A stretch of DNA of 64,000 nt, from assembly GCA_024643365.1 (NCBI GenBank), contig JAHENC010000004.1:67046-131045 (forward strand), read 5' to 3'. Shown here in pieces: positions 37,545 through 45,358 of this stretch. A program made the position numbers and the translations under genes. Position 1 is the first letter of the stretch; each line of letters starts with the position of its first letter. This stretch comes from Crocinitomicaceae bacterium. GTDB lineage: Bacteria; Bacteroidota; Bacteroidia; Flavobacteriales_D; Crocinitomicaceae. The notes beneath the pieces are model-generated. The model searched no databases. It was not told the origin of the DNA and saw only the letters and a program-made list of their open reading frames with translations.

Positions 37545-37943
37545 TCATTGGATCATGACGACAACACGATTTCGTTTTTCCTCTTCTATCTGAATCACTT
37601 GGTGGCCGCTTAAGCCAAAATAAAATGCCTCAACCTTTAGCACAGCCACTCCAACTTGACCCGATTTGTAGTATTTGTCCATATCAAAGAACGCTAATCC
37701 ACCTGAATTTGTGGTCGTACTGTCGTTGATAATTGACAATTGAGTTGAGTTATTAGTCGGTTCAACAACTAACTTTACTTTAGCGTTTTTAACGAGTTCA
37801 CCATTGGAAAATTGAACCGCAACCTCAAGTGTGGTTGGTTCCTTTTTGTAACATGAACTGAGTAACACAGAACTCAGTAGAATAGAGGTAATAATTCCAT
37901 CGAACAGCTTGATTTTACCAATAAAATTCTTGTACATTTGCAT
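37545..37943 (-). CDS. Small lipoprotein, paralog 3 of a tandem triplet
   Basis: 132 aa with a lipobox (LLSSC). It shows NAKVKLVV...DSTTTNSGGLAFFDMDKYYKSGQVGVAVL...IQIEEEKRNRVVVMIQ, parallel to paralog 1. Confidence 0.5.
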   Translation of the reverse strand: MQMYKNFIGKIKLFDGIITSILLSSVLLSSCYKKEPTTLEVAVQFSNGELVKNAKVKLVVEPTNNSTQLSIINDSTTTNSGGLAFFDMDKYYKSGQVGVAVLKVEAFYFGLSGHQVIQIEEEKRNRVVVMIQ

Positions 37944-38011
37944 GTTTAGGGCTGTTTAGCTACAAGTTAAACAAGTATTGGGTCCGAAAAGTTACACTAT
38001 GTCACAAGAAA

Positions 38012-39028
38012 ATGAATATTAAAGAAATTTTAGAGGCGGTTCATGCATTCGAAATTCAATCAGCAAATGATTTAGAAAACTTTCGAATTCAATTTTTAGG
38101 ATCAAAAGGTCAAATTAAGGATCTATATGGAGCGTTAAAAAGCGTTCCGAATGAGGAAAAAAGGGCTGTCGGACAACAAATCAATGAATTACGACAACTC
38201 GCTGAAGACAAATTGGAATCCTTTAAAAGTTCACTTTCTCAAACTGCTTCTGCGGCCGACAAAGAGGATTTGAGTAAACCTGGATCGGATTCACTCATCG
38301 GAAGCCATCACCCGCTTTCGCTTGTTAGAAAAGAAATCATTGATATTTTCAATCGCATCGGTTATGTTGTTTCTGAAGGACCAGAAATTGAGGATGATTG
38401 GCACAATTTCTCCGCTTTAAATTTTCCTCCTGAACATCCAGCAAGAGACATGCAGGATACTTTTTTTGTTGAAAAAGGAGACGTAGAGATGGCATTACGC
38501 ACGCACACGAGCAGTGTTCAGGTACGTGTCATGGAAAATTCAAAGCCACCCATACGAACGATTTCACCGGGAAGAGTATACAGAAACGAGGCGATTTCAG
38601 CGCGCGCGCATTGCTTCTTTCATCAAATTGAAGGTTTGTACATCGACAAGAATGTTTCTTTTGCAGATTTAAAACAAACTTTGTTGTTTTTTGCCAAGGA
38701 ATTATTTGGAGAAAAAGCTTCGATCCGCCTAAGACCATCTTATTTCCCATTTACAGAACCAAGTGCGGAAGTAGATGTTTCCTGCACCTTGTGTCATGGC
38801 AAAGGATGCAATGTATGTAAGTACTCTGGATGGCTTGAAATTCTCGGATGTGGAATGGTTGATCCAAATGTGTTAGATGCTTGCGGTATTGATTCAACAA
38901 TCTATTCGGGATTTGCCTTTGGAATGGGAGTTGAGCGCATTGCACAATTAAAATACCGTGTAACCGATCTTCGTTTATACTCAGAAAATGACATTAGATT
39001 TCTCAAACAATTTACTCCAGGAACATAA
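38012..39028 (+). CDS. pheS: Phenylalanine--tRNA ligase alpha subunit
   Basis: 338 aa with class II aaRS motifs: HPARDMQDTFF, RTHTSSVQ, ISPGRVYRNE and GFAFGMGVERIA. Confidence 0.92.
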   Translation: MNIKEILEAVHAFEIQSANDLENFRIQFLGSKGQIKDLYGALKSVPNEEKRAVGQQINELRQLAEDKLESFKSSLSQTASAADKEDLSKPGSDSLIGSHHPLSLVRKEIIDIFNRIGYVVSEGPEIEDDWHNFSALNFPPEHPARDMQDTFFVEKGDVEMALRTHTSSVQVRVMENSKPPIRTISPGRVYRNEAISARAHCFFHQIEGLYIDKNVSFADLKQTLLFFAKELFGEKASIRLRPSYFPFTEPSAEVDVSCTLCHGKGCNVCKYSGWLEILGCGMVDPNVLDACGIDSTIYSGFAFGMGVERIAQLKYRVTDLRLYSENDIRFLKQFTPGT

Positions 39029-39030
39029 TT

Positions 39031-39366
39031 ATGGCATGGAATATCATTTCGGATAAAGAACAAGTCCAAAAAATAATTGATTTAAGTAAAGAGAAGCCTC
39101 AGGTTTTCTTTAAGCACAGCACCCGATGTAGTATTTCATCAATGGCATTAAGACGCTTTGAAGGTTCTGGTATTTTGGATAGTTCGAATGTGGATTGCTG
39201 GTATTTGGACCTTCTTTCTTACCGATCGATTTCTGAAGAAATTACGAATCAAACACATGTAGTACATCAATCCCCTCAGGCCATACTTTTCGTGGATGGT
39301 CAAATGTGTTATTCGGAAAGTCACGGAATGATTGATGCAGAACAAATTCTACAAATTATAGCTTGA
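39031..39366 (+). CDS. ytxJ: Bacillithiol-system thioredoxin-like protein YtxJ (DUF2847)
   Basis: 111 aa with FKHSTRCSISSMAL (a monothiol T-x-C-x-I-S type motif) and a VVHQSPQAILF segment, as in YtxJ-family proteins. Confidence 0.72.
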   Translation: MAWNIISDKEQVQKIIDLSKEKPQVFFKHSTRCSISSMALRRFEGSGILDSSNVDCWYLDLLSYRSISEEITNQTHVVHQSPQAILFVDGQMCYSESHGMIDAEQILQIIA

Positions 39367-39370
39367 AAAT

Positions 39371-40432
39371 ATGAAAAAAGTTCTCGTTATTATCCTCGTA
39401 ATCGGTCTGCTTGGAAGTTATTTGGTTCCAATGTTCATGAATGAATCGAAGAATACGGAGGCACCATTTCAATTTGGTTTCTCGGATAATTTAGCCATCA
39501 AGTATGGAGATGTCGTTTCTATACCTATTGAAACAAATGGAGAAGCAAAAAGTATTACCATCACTTTTGGAGGAAAGGTCCTTCAGAAAATCACCCAACC
39601 TAAGGAAAAGCTCAGTATAGAATTGGATTCAAAAAAGTATCAAATCGGTGCTTTTGAAATTGAAATGCATGGCATTGATCAGCAAGGACAATTTTTCACG
39701 GAAATCCGTAATGTGAGAATTCTCTCGGATGTTACTCCTGAAAAATGGAAATTAGAAATAGTTCGTCGTTTTCCTCACAACGAAAGTAGTTTTACTCAGG
39801 GACTTGCTTTCTCGGGAGATCAGTTGTTTGAAGGAACGGGAGATCCAAACCAAACTGGTGCATCTCTTGTCGCTAAGGTGAATTTAAATACCGGTGAAAT
39901 AGGACAGAAAATCGGGTTAGATGCTACGCGTTTTGGTGAAGGAATTACCATTCTTGGCGACCAAATATTTCAATTAACTTGGTTAAATCACAAATGCCTT
40001 GTTTACAATAAGGAAACACTTGAATTACTAAAAGAATTCGATTATTCAACAGAGGGATGGGGTATTTGTACTGATGGAAAAGTACTTTTTATGTCTGATG
40101 GCTCCGAACGAATTTACGTGCGAAATCCGAAAAACTTTGATATCATCAAAACGATTGAAGTATACACGAATGAATTCGCAATACCTCGATTGAACGAATT
40201 GGAATATGTAAATGGACTCATTTATGCCAATATATGGACGTCCAACGAAATAGCAGTGATTGATCCACTTTCAGGAAAAGTTCTTGCCTTGATTGACGCT
40301 ACTAATTTAGTGAACGAAGGAAAAGGAAATGGGGAGGTGCTTAATGGAATTGCTTATCATGCTAAAACGAATAAATTGTACATGACGGGTAAATTTTGGC
40401 CAACAATGTTTGAAGTAAAGGTGCTGAAGTAA
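39371..40432 (+). CDS. Glutaminyl-peptide cyclotransferase (beta-propeller type) with N-terminal extra domain
   Basis: 353 aa. It has a signal/TM segment, then a ~110-aa extra domain, then the plant/bacterial QC signature (FTQGLAF..DQLFEGTG, FGEGITILGDQIFQLTW, LNELEYVNGLIYANIW, TNKLYMTGKFWP). Confidence 0.75.
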   Translation: MKKVLVIILVIGLLGSYLVPMFMNESKNTEAPFQFGFSDNLAIKYGDVVSIPIETNGEAKSITITFGGKVLQKITQPKEKLSIELDSKKYQIGAFEIEMHGIDQQGQFFTEIRNVRILSDVTPEKWKLEIVRRFPHNESSFTQGLAFSGDQLFEGTGDPNQTGASLVAKVNLNTGEIGQKIGLDATRFGEGITILGDQIFQLTWLNHKCLVYNKETLELLKEFDYSTEGWGICTDGKVLFMSDGSERIYVRNPKNFDIIKTIEVYTNEFAIPRLNELEYVNGLIYANIWTSNEIAVIDPLSGKVLALIDATNLVNEGKGNGEVLNGIAYHAKTNKLYMTGKFWPTMFEVKVLK

Positions 40433-40455
40433 GTACTTTCCGTTATCGTTCATAC

Positions 40456-40483
40456 AAAAAGTGCCGCGATGGCAATTTTTTTT
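40456..40483 (+). terminator. Possible rho-independent terminator
   Basis: The sequence aaaaaGTGCC-gcgat-GGCAAttttttttt has a short stem with one mismatch in its extension and a T8 run. It lies 24 nt after the cyclotransferase stop. Confidence 0.45.
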
Positions 40484-40517
40484 AGTTTTCCTCGTTTGAA
40501 AAATTGGAAACAAGAAT

Positions 40518-41201
40518 ATGGAGCAGACATCAAAAGATTGGAATGAGTTAAAAAGTAACGACAGTTGGTCGATTTTTAAAATAATGTCCGAGTTTGTCGA
40601 AGGATTTGATCGGATGTCTAAAATTGGACCCTGTATTTCCATTTTTGGTTCAGCGCGCACAAATCCTGAAAATCCCTATTATTCCCTAGGAGAGGAAATT
40701 TCTGAAAAGTTTGCAAGTTTGGGTTATGGTATCATTACCGGTGGCGGTCCAGGTTTAATGGAGGCAGCAAATAAAGGCGCTCAGAAAGCAAAAGGAAAAT
40801 CTGTTGGACTCAATATAGATTTACCATTTGAACAAAATCATAATCCATTTATTGACCAAGAACACAACCTCGAATTCGATTATTTTTTCGTTCGAAAAGT
40901 AATTTTCGTGAAATATTCCCAAGCATTTGTCATTATGCCTGGTGGATTTGGAACGCTTGATGAGTTCTTCGAGGCAATGACCTTGATTCAAACAAAAAAG
41001 ATTACCAAAAGACCGATTGTACTCGTTGGAACTTCTTATTGGATAGGTTTGTTGAAATGGGTAGAAGAAACCATGTTGTGGAAAGAAAAAAATATTTCCC
41101 CAGACGATTTAGACTTGTATAAATTGGTCGATACTGCCGATGAAGCTGTTGAATACATTGAAGATTTCTATCGATCCCACGCACTATCTCCAAATTTCTG
41201 A
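40518..41201 (+). CDS. LOG-family (TIGR00730) nucleotide 5'-monophosphate nucleosidase-like protein
   Basis: 227 aa with the GGGPGLMEAANKGA and PGGFGTLDEFFE motifs diagnostic of the LOG/lysine-decarboxylase-like family. Confidence 0.85.
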   Translation: MEQTSKDWNELKSNDSWSIFKIMSEFVEGFDRMSKIGPCISIFGSARTNPENPYYSLGEEISEKFASLGYGIITGGGPGLMEAANKGAQKAKGKSVGLNIDLPFEQNHNPFIDQEHNLEFDYFFVRKVIFVKYSQAFVIMPGGFGTLDEFFEAMTLIQTKKITKRPIVLVGTSYWIGLLKWVEETMLWKEKNISPDDLDLYKLVDTADEAVEYIEDFYRSHALSPNF

Positions 41202-41223
41202 TAATTTAACGAAAAGGAAAGAT

Positions 41224-41231
41224 TAACTTTG
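41224..41231 (+). promoter_or_regulatory. Candidate -7 promoter box (TAACTTTG)
   Basis: Perfect TAnnTTTG match 20 nt upstream of the GTG start at 41252. Confidence 0.35.
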
Positions 41232-41251
41232 ACTATTGAAAACTGAAAACT

Positions 41252-42058
41252 GTGTTCCAGAAAATTAAAAATTTTATTCTAACAAAACACTTCCTCAAAC
41301 ATATCGGATTGGTGATTTTGTTTTATTTAGTCCTTGTTTTCGCGACGGTAATCTATTTAGATTTAGCGACGAATCACGGAGAAAAAATCGCTGTTCCCAA
41401 TTTTGTTGGGATGAATGGAGAAGAAGCGAAAAAGAAAATCGAAGACCTCGACTTGCAATATCAAATTCTCGATAGTATTTACAACCCTAAAATGCCCGAG
41501 GGAACCGTTTTAGAACAATTGGTTGAGCCAACAGGGATATCGGGTGTTCATGTCAAATCAGGCCGAATCATTGGACTGCGTTTAACGAAAAAGACTCAAA
41601 TGGTCGAAATGCCAAGTTTGGTACACAAACAATTACAGTTCGCCGAAAGTATTCTCGAACAACGTGGACTTAGATTTAGCATACAATACAGACCGACAAG
41701 CGAAGCAAACGGCTCTGTTTTAGATCAGCTTTACCGCGGAAGAAGAATCAAAGAAGGGGAACGACTTCCTATTGGAGCAGTAGTCACTTTAGTTGTTGGT
41801 CAAAATGATCAAGGCGAGCCTATTACAATCCCGAACCTTGTCGGACTCACAATGGCGGATGCTCGATTCATTATGGATACGTTGGGAGTAACATCGTACA
41901 ATTTTGTATGTCCTGATTGTAGTACAGGACAAGATTCTTTAGCTGCGATTATTTTCAGTCAAACACCTGAATTTATTGACGGATCAACAGTATTTAAGTC
42001 GACGCAATTTACCCTTTCCATGAAACGCAATTTTTCAGATATTGAAATCCCTGAATAA
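41252..42058 (+). CDS. PASTA domain-containing membrane-anchored protein
   Basis: 268 aa with a GTG start and an N-terminal TM helix. Three PASTA-like units follow (PNFVGMNGEEAKKKIEDLDL, MPSLVHKQLQFAESILEQRGL, PNLVGLTMADARFIMDTLGV). Confidence 0.7.
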   Translation: MFQKIKNFILTKHFLKHIGLVILFYLVLVFATVIYLDLATNHGEKIAVPNFVGMNGEEAKKKIEDLDLQYQILDSIYNPKMPEGTVLEQLVEPTGISGVHVKSGRIIGLRLTKKTQMVEMPSLVHKQLQFAESILEQRGLRFSIQYRPTSEANGSVLDQLYRGRRIKEGERLPIGAVVTLVVGQNDQGEPITIPNLVGLTMADARFIMDTLGVTSYNFVCPDCSTGQDSLAAIIFSQTPEFIDGSTVFKSTQFTLSMKRNFSDIEIPE

Positions 42059-42059
42059 C

Positions 42060-44270
42060 ATGAAACTGTTTCTTATTTATTGTTTGTTGACTATCACCTC
42101 TTTTGCACAACAAATGGAGGTGGGACCAATTACTCGCAACTTGAATCTTCCGGAAAAACCCTCTGTTTTAAAATCTGGGAATGGTCATATAGACAGTACG
42201 TTTATTTATGTTTCTGATACATTGAATCTCCCATTTTATGATGATTTCTCATCAAATAAATTCCAGGTTTACAATGCCCAATTCAATGACCCTGGTGTAA
42301 CGAGTCAACTTTATTATCACTTGTTGGATCCAGTTACGATGCTTCCTTTTAGTTCATTGGCGAGTTTCACCAATGGAGCAACCTTTAAACGAACGTATGA
42401 TAGTACAACGGACACATTTATTGATAGTGTATTCGCAACAATTGGGGTGAAGGTTGGTGATTTCTCTTCGTATCCAATTAATTATCAAACAGAAGATTTG
42501 TATCCACCATATTACATTTATGATACAGTGGGAGTGCCCGATGTGAGAGATACAATTTGGGTAACGAATCCAACGTACCTTCAAGATTCTGCACGTGTGT
42601 TTTTTTCAACGTTGTCTGATCAAAACGCACATTGGTTGGATAACAAAGCTTACTTAAATGAACGATTTGCTTACAATCCAAGGTCATTAGGAGTTGTTAC
42701 TTTTGACGGATTAGATGAATTTGGTTATCCATATCAAATCGGAACAGCAATTACGAACTACGCAGATCGACTTACGAGTAAACCATTGAATTTAGGTGGT
42801 CTGTCGGCCGCTGATTCCGTTTATCTTTCATTCCTAGTGCAACCCGAAGGACTTGGGGACATTCCAGAAACAGGAGATTCGTTGGTACTTGAATTATACG
42901 CCAAAGATTTGGATCAATGGTTTAGAATATGGTCGATCAATGGTGATACTACCTATGTTTTTAAACCAGTTCATATTCCAGTAAAAGACGCTAAGTACTT
43001 CAAAAAAGGATTTCAGTTTAGGTTTAAAAATTATGGATCATTAGCTGGATCATTAGATCATTTTCATTTGGACTATGTTCACCTTCGCACACAATCCTTT
43101 TTAGCAGATACCTTGTTTAAAGATTTCGCTTTGGTATATCCATTGAACACCTTGCTGAAAACATACACATCCGTTCCTTGGGATCATTATAAGCAGTCTT
43201 CCCAAAACAAGATGAGTGACGCAGTAAAAGTTATGGTGCATAATGGAAGTCCAAACCCGGAAAATTACCAAAATGGAACAATTGTTTTCGGACAGGGAGC
43301 CACGAATTATGGCAATTTCACCTTGCAAGGCTTTAACTTGGCAGAACAACAAATTAATTACGCTCCGGGTACTACGCATACATCTTACCATGATTTGTCT
43401 ACCGGTGCCGAATTCCCCAGAAATTTAACGGGTGATGAGCAATCATTTGAGGTAAATACTACTGTTTCGGCTCAATTCCCAAATGATGTCAATAATGACC
43501 AATCTACTTTTATTCAACATTTCTATAATTACTACAGTTACGATGATGGCAGTGCAGAGGCAGCGTTTGGTCCTACAGGAATACAATCAAGACTAGCGAT
43601 TTCTTATGAAGCATATGAACCAGATTCTTTAATTGGAATCGCCATGCACTTTGTTCCTTCTGTAACGGATGTCAGTAACAAGTTGTTTTTAATGACTGTT
43701 TGGGCTGATGACGGAGCAGGCAACCCTGGTCAAGTATTATATGAAGATGATATTTTTAATACGAGAAATCCTATTTATGGAACAAATCAAAACATGTTTA
43801 TAAAATATTATTTCCCTGATACCATGAAGGTTGCCGTACCAACTAAATTTTTTGTGGGCTGGAGACAATTGGATCAACAAAGATTAAACCTAGGCTTGGA
43901 TAGAAACATTGACCATTCGGATAAAATAAAATTCAGTGTTGATGGCGGTGGTTCGTGGATGACATCCCCATTTGAAGGAAGTGCCATGTTGAGGCCAATT
44001 TTTTCTACGTCACTTGACCATACTTTAGGAATAAAAGCATCGGAAAATTTGTCGGAATTTACTTGTTTTCCGAACCCAGTAACGGAAGAATTACATTTTC
44101 AAAGCTCAAATCAATTGGAGACGGAACGAAAATATATTTATGACGCTTCTGGAAGATTGATTCTAGAAACTACGGATAATGTCATTTCATTTGTTGGTTT
44201 TCAGACTGGAATTTATTTTGTTTCCATTCCCACTATTTCACCAAAACCAGTTAAGATCATTAAACAATGA
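42060..44270 (+). CDS. Large secreted protein with T9SS type A (Por-tail) C-terminal sorting domain
   Basis: 736 aa from ATG 42060 (MKLFLIYCLLTITSFAQQ), which is 1 nt after the PASTA gene stop; the track starts at TTG 42042. The C-terminus FPNPVTEELHF...QTGIYFVSI...KIIKQ fits the type A CTD. I recognise no catalytic motif. Confidence 0.7.
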   Translation: MKLFLIYCLLTITSFAQQMEVGPITRNLNLPEKPSVLKSGNGHIDSTFIYVSDTLNLPFYDDFSSNKFQVYNAQFNDPGVTSQLYYHLLDPVTMLPFSSLASFTNGATFKRTYDSTTDTFIDSVFATIGVKVGDFSSYPINYQTEDLYPPYYIYDTVGVPDVRDTIWVTNPTYLQDSARVFFSTLSDQNAHWLDNKAYLNERFAYNPRSLGVVTFDGLDEFGYPYQIGTAITNYADRLTSKPLNLGGLSAADSVYLSFLVQPEGLGDIPETGDSLVLELYAKDLDQWFRIWSINGDTTYVFKPVHIPVKDAKYFKKGFQFRFKNYGSLAGSLDHFHLDYVHLRTQSFLADTLFKDFALVYPLNTLLKTYTSVPWDHYKQSSQNKMSDAVKVMVHNGSPNPENYQNGTIVFGQGATNYGNFTLQGFNLAEQQINYAPGTTHTSYHDLSTGAEFPRNLTGDEQSFEVNTTVSAQFPNDVNNDQSTFIQHFYNYYSYDDGSAEAAFGPTGIQSRLAISYEAYEPDSLIGIAMHFVPSVTDVSNKLFLMTVWADDGAGNPGQVLYEDDIFNTRNPIYGTNQNMFIKYYFPDTMKVAVPTKFFVGWRQLDQQRLNLGLDRNIDHSDKIKFSVDGGGSWMTSPFEGSAMLRPIFSTSLDHTLGIKASENLSEFTCFPNPVTEELHFQSSNQLETERKYIYDASGRLILETTDNVISFVGFQTGIYFVSIPTISPKPVKIIKQ

Positions 44271-45304
44271 CAGAGGAACAGGTTGTTGACCTCGAGAATG
44301 AAGAGGAAGAACTCTTCGAACACCACCGATTTAAAGCTGATCCAGGACAAGAGGCTATTCGAATTGATAAATTTCTTTTTGATAGAATGGCAAATACCTC
44401 TCGGAATAAAATCCAAGTAGCTGCGAAAAACGGGAATATTCTTGTCAACGGAACAAAAGTCAAACAAAATTATAAAGTTAAACCTGGCGATGAGGTTTCT
44501 ATTGTACTTCCTTATCCAGTAAGGGAAATTGAACTTATTCCTCAGGATATCCCTATCGAAGTTGCTTACGAAGATGAGGATTTACTAGTGGTGAATAAAC
44601 CGTCAAACATGGTCGTTCATCCGGGTTATGGAAATTATTCAGGAACGCTAGTAAATGCATTAGTTTACTATATTCAAAATTTACCGTCACCACCCAAAGA
44701 CTATTATGGAAGACCGGGCTTGGTTCATCGCATTGACAAACACACAACAGGATTGCTGTTAATTGCGAAAACAGAGATAGCGTTAATAGAACTTGCCAAG
44801 CAATTTTACAATCGGACGACTGAACGCCGTTATCATGCACTCGCATGGGGTGATTTAGAATCCGGAGGAACGATTGAAGGTCATATAGGCAGATCTTTGA
44901 AGAACCGAAAAGTGATGGCTGTATATCCCGATGGTGCACATGGAAAATCTGCCATAACACATTTTAAGGTACTCGAGCGCTTTGGTTTGGTTACACTCGT
45001 AGAATGTAAGCTTGAAACGGGACGCACCCATCAAATTCGTGCACATTTTCAATCCATAGGACATCCTTTATTTAACGATTTGGAATATGGGGGGAATAAA
45101 ATTGTAAAAGGAACAAGATCTGCAAGTTACGAACGATTTATTCAAAATTGCTTCGACTTATTACCAGGACAAGCTTTGCATGCAAAGACTCTTGGATTTA
45201 TTCAGCCAACAACACAAGCCTATCTTGAATTTGATTCCCAACTGCCTGAGGGCTTTGCAGAACTCGTTCAACGCTGGAGGAACTATTGTTCGGATTTTAA
45301 ATAA
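44267..45304 (+). CDS. rluD: 23S rRNA pseudouridine synthase, RluA family (RluD-like)
   Basis: 345 aa. It has an N-terminal S4 domain (RIDKFL...SRNKIQ), the catalytic HRIDKHTTGLLL motif and GRTHQIRAH. An ATGA overlap links it to the upstream gene. Confidence 0.9.
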   Translation: MTEEQVVDLENEEEELFEHHRFKADPGQEAIRIDKFLFDRMANTSRNKIQVAAKNGNILVNGTKVKQNYKVKPGDEVSIVLPYPVREIELIPQDIPIEVAYEDEDLLVVNKPSNMVVHPGYGNYSGTLVNALVYYIQNLPSPPKDYYGRPGLVHRIDKHTTGLLLIAKTEIALIELAKQFYNRTTERRYHALAWGDLESGGTIEGHIGRSLKNRKVMAVYPDGAHGKSAITHFKVLERFGLVTLVECKLETGRTHQIRAHFQSIGHPLFNDLEYGGNKIVKGTRSASYERFIQNCFDLLPGQALHAKTLGFIQPTTQAYLEFDSQLPEGFAELVQRWRNYCSDFK

Positions 45305-45312
45305 ATATTTCT

Positions 45313-45320
45313 TATTTTTG
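45313..45320 (+). promoter_or_regulatory. Candidate -7 promoter box (TATTTTTG)
   Basis: Perfect TAnnTTTG match 38 nt upstream of the ATG at 45359. Confidence 0.35.
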
Positions 45321-45358
45321 CTTTCCTTGGATGAACTTCTGAGCTTAAACCACGCTTT

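Noticed and set aside
40307-40660. A 117-aa minus-strand ORF bridging the glutaminyl cyclase 3' end, the intergenic spacer and the LOG gene 5' end.
   Set aside because: It overlaps two well-supported plus-strand genes and a terminator-like hairpin. It has no recognisable motif and is most likely a chance ORF in AT-rich sequence.
40518-41201. The LOG-family protein as a possible SLOG-type effector or sensor of a nucleotide-based defence system.
   Set aside because: It is a canonical stand-alone TIGR00730-type LOG (GGGPGLME and PGGFGTLDE motifs). It is not fused or adjacent to TIR, cyclase, nuclease or transmembrane effector genes. Its flanks are glutaminyl cyclase and a PASTA protein.
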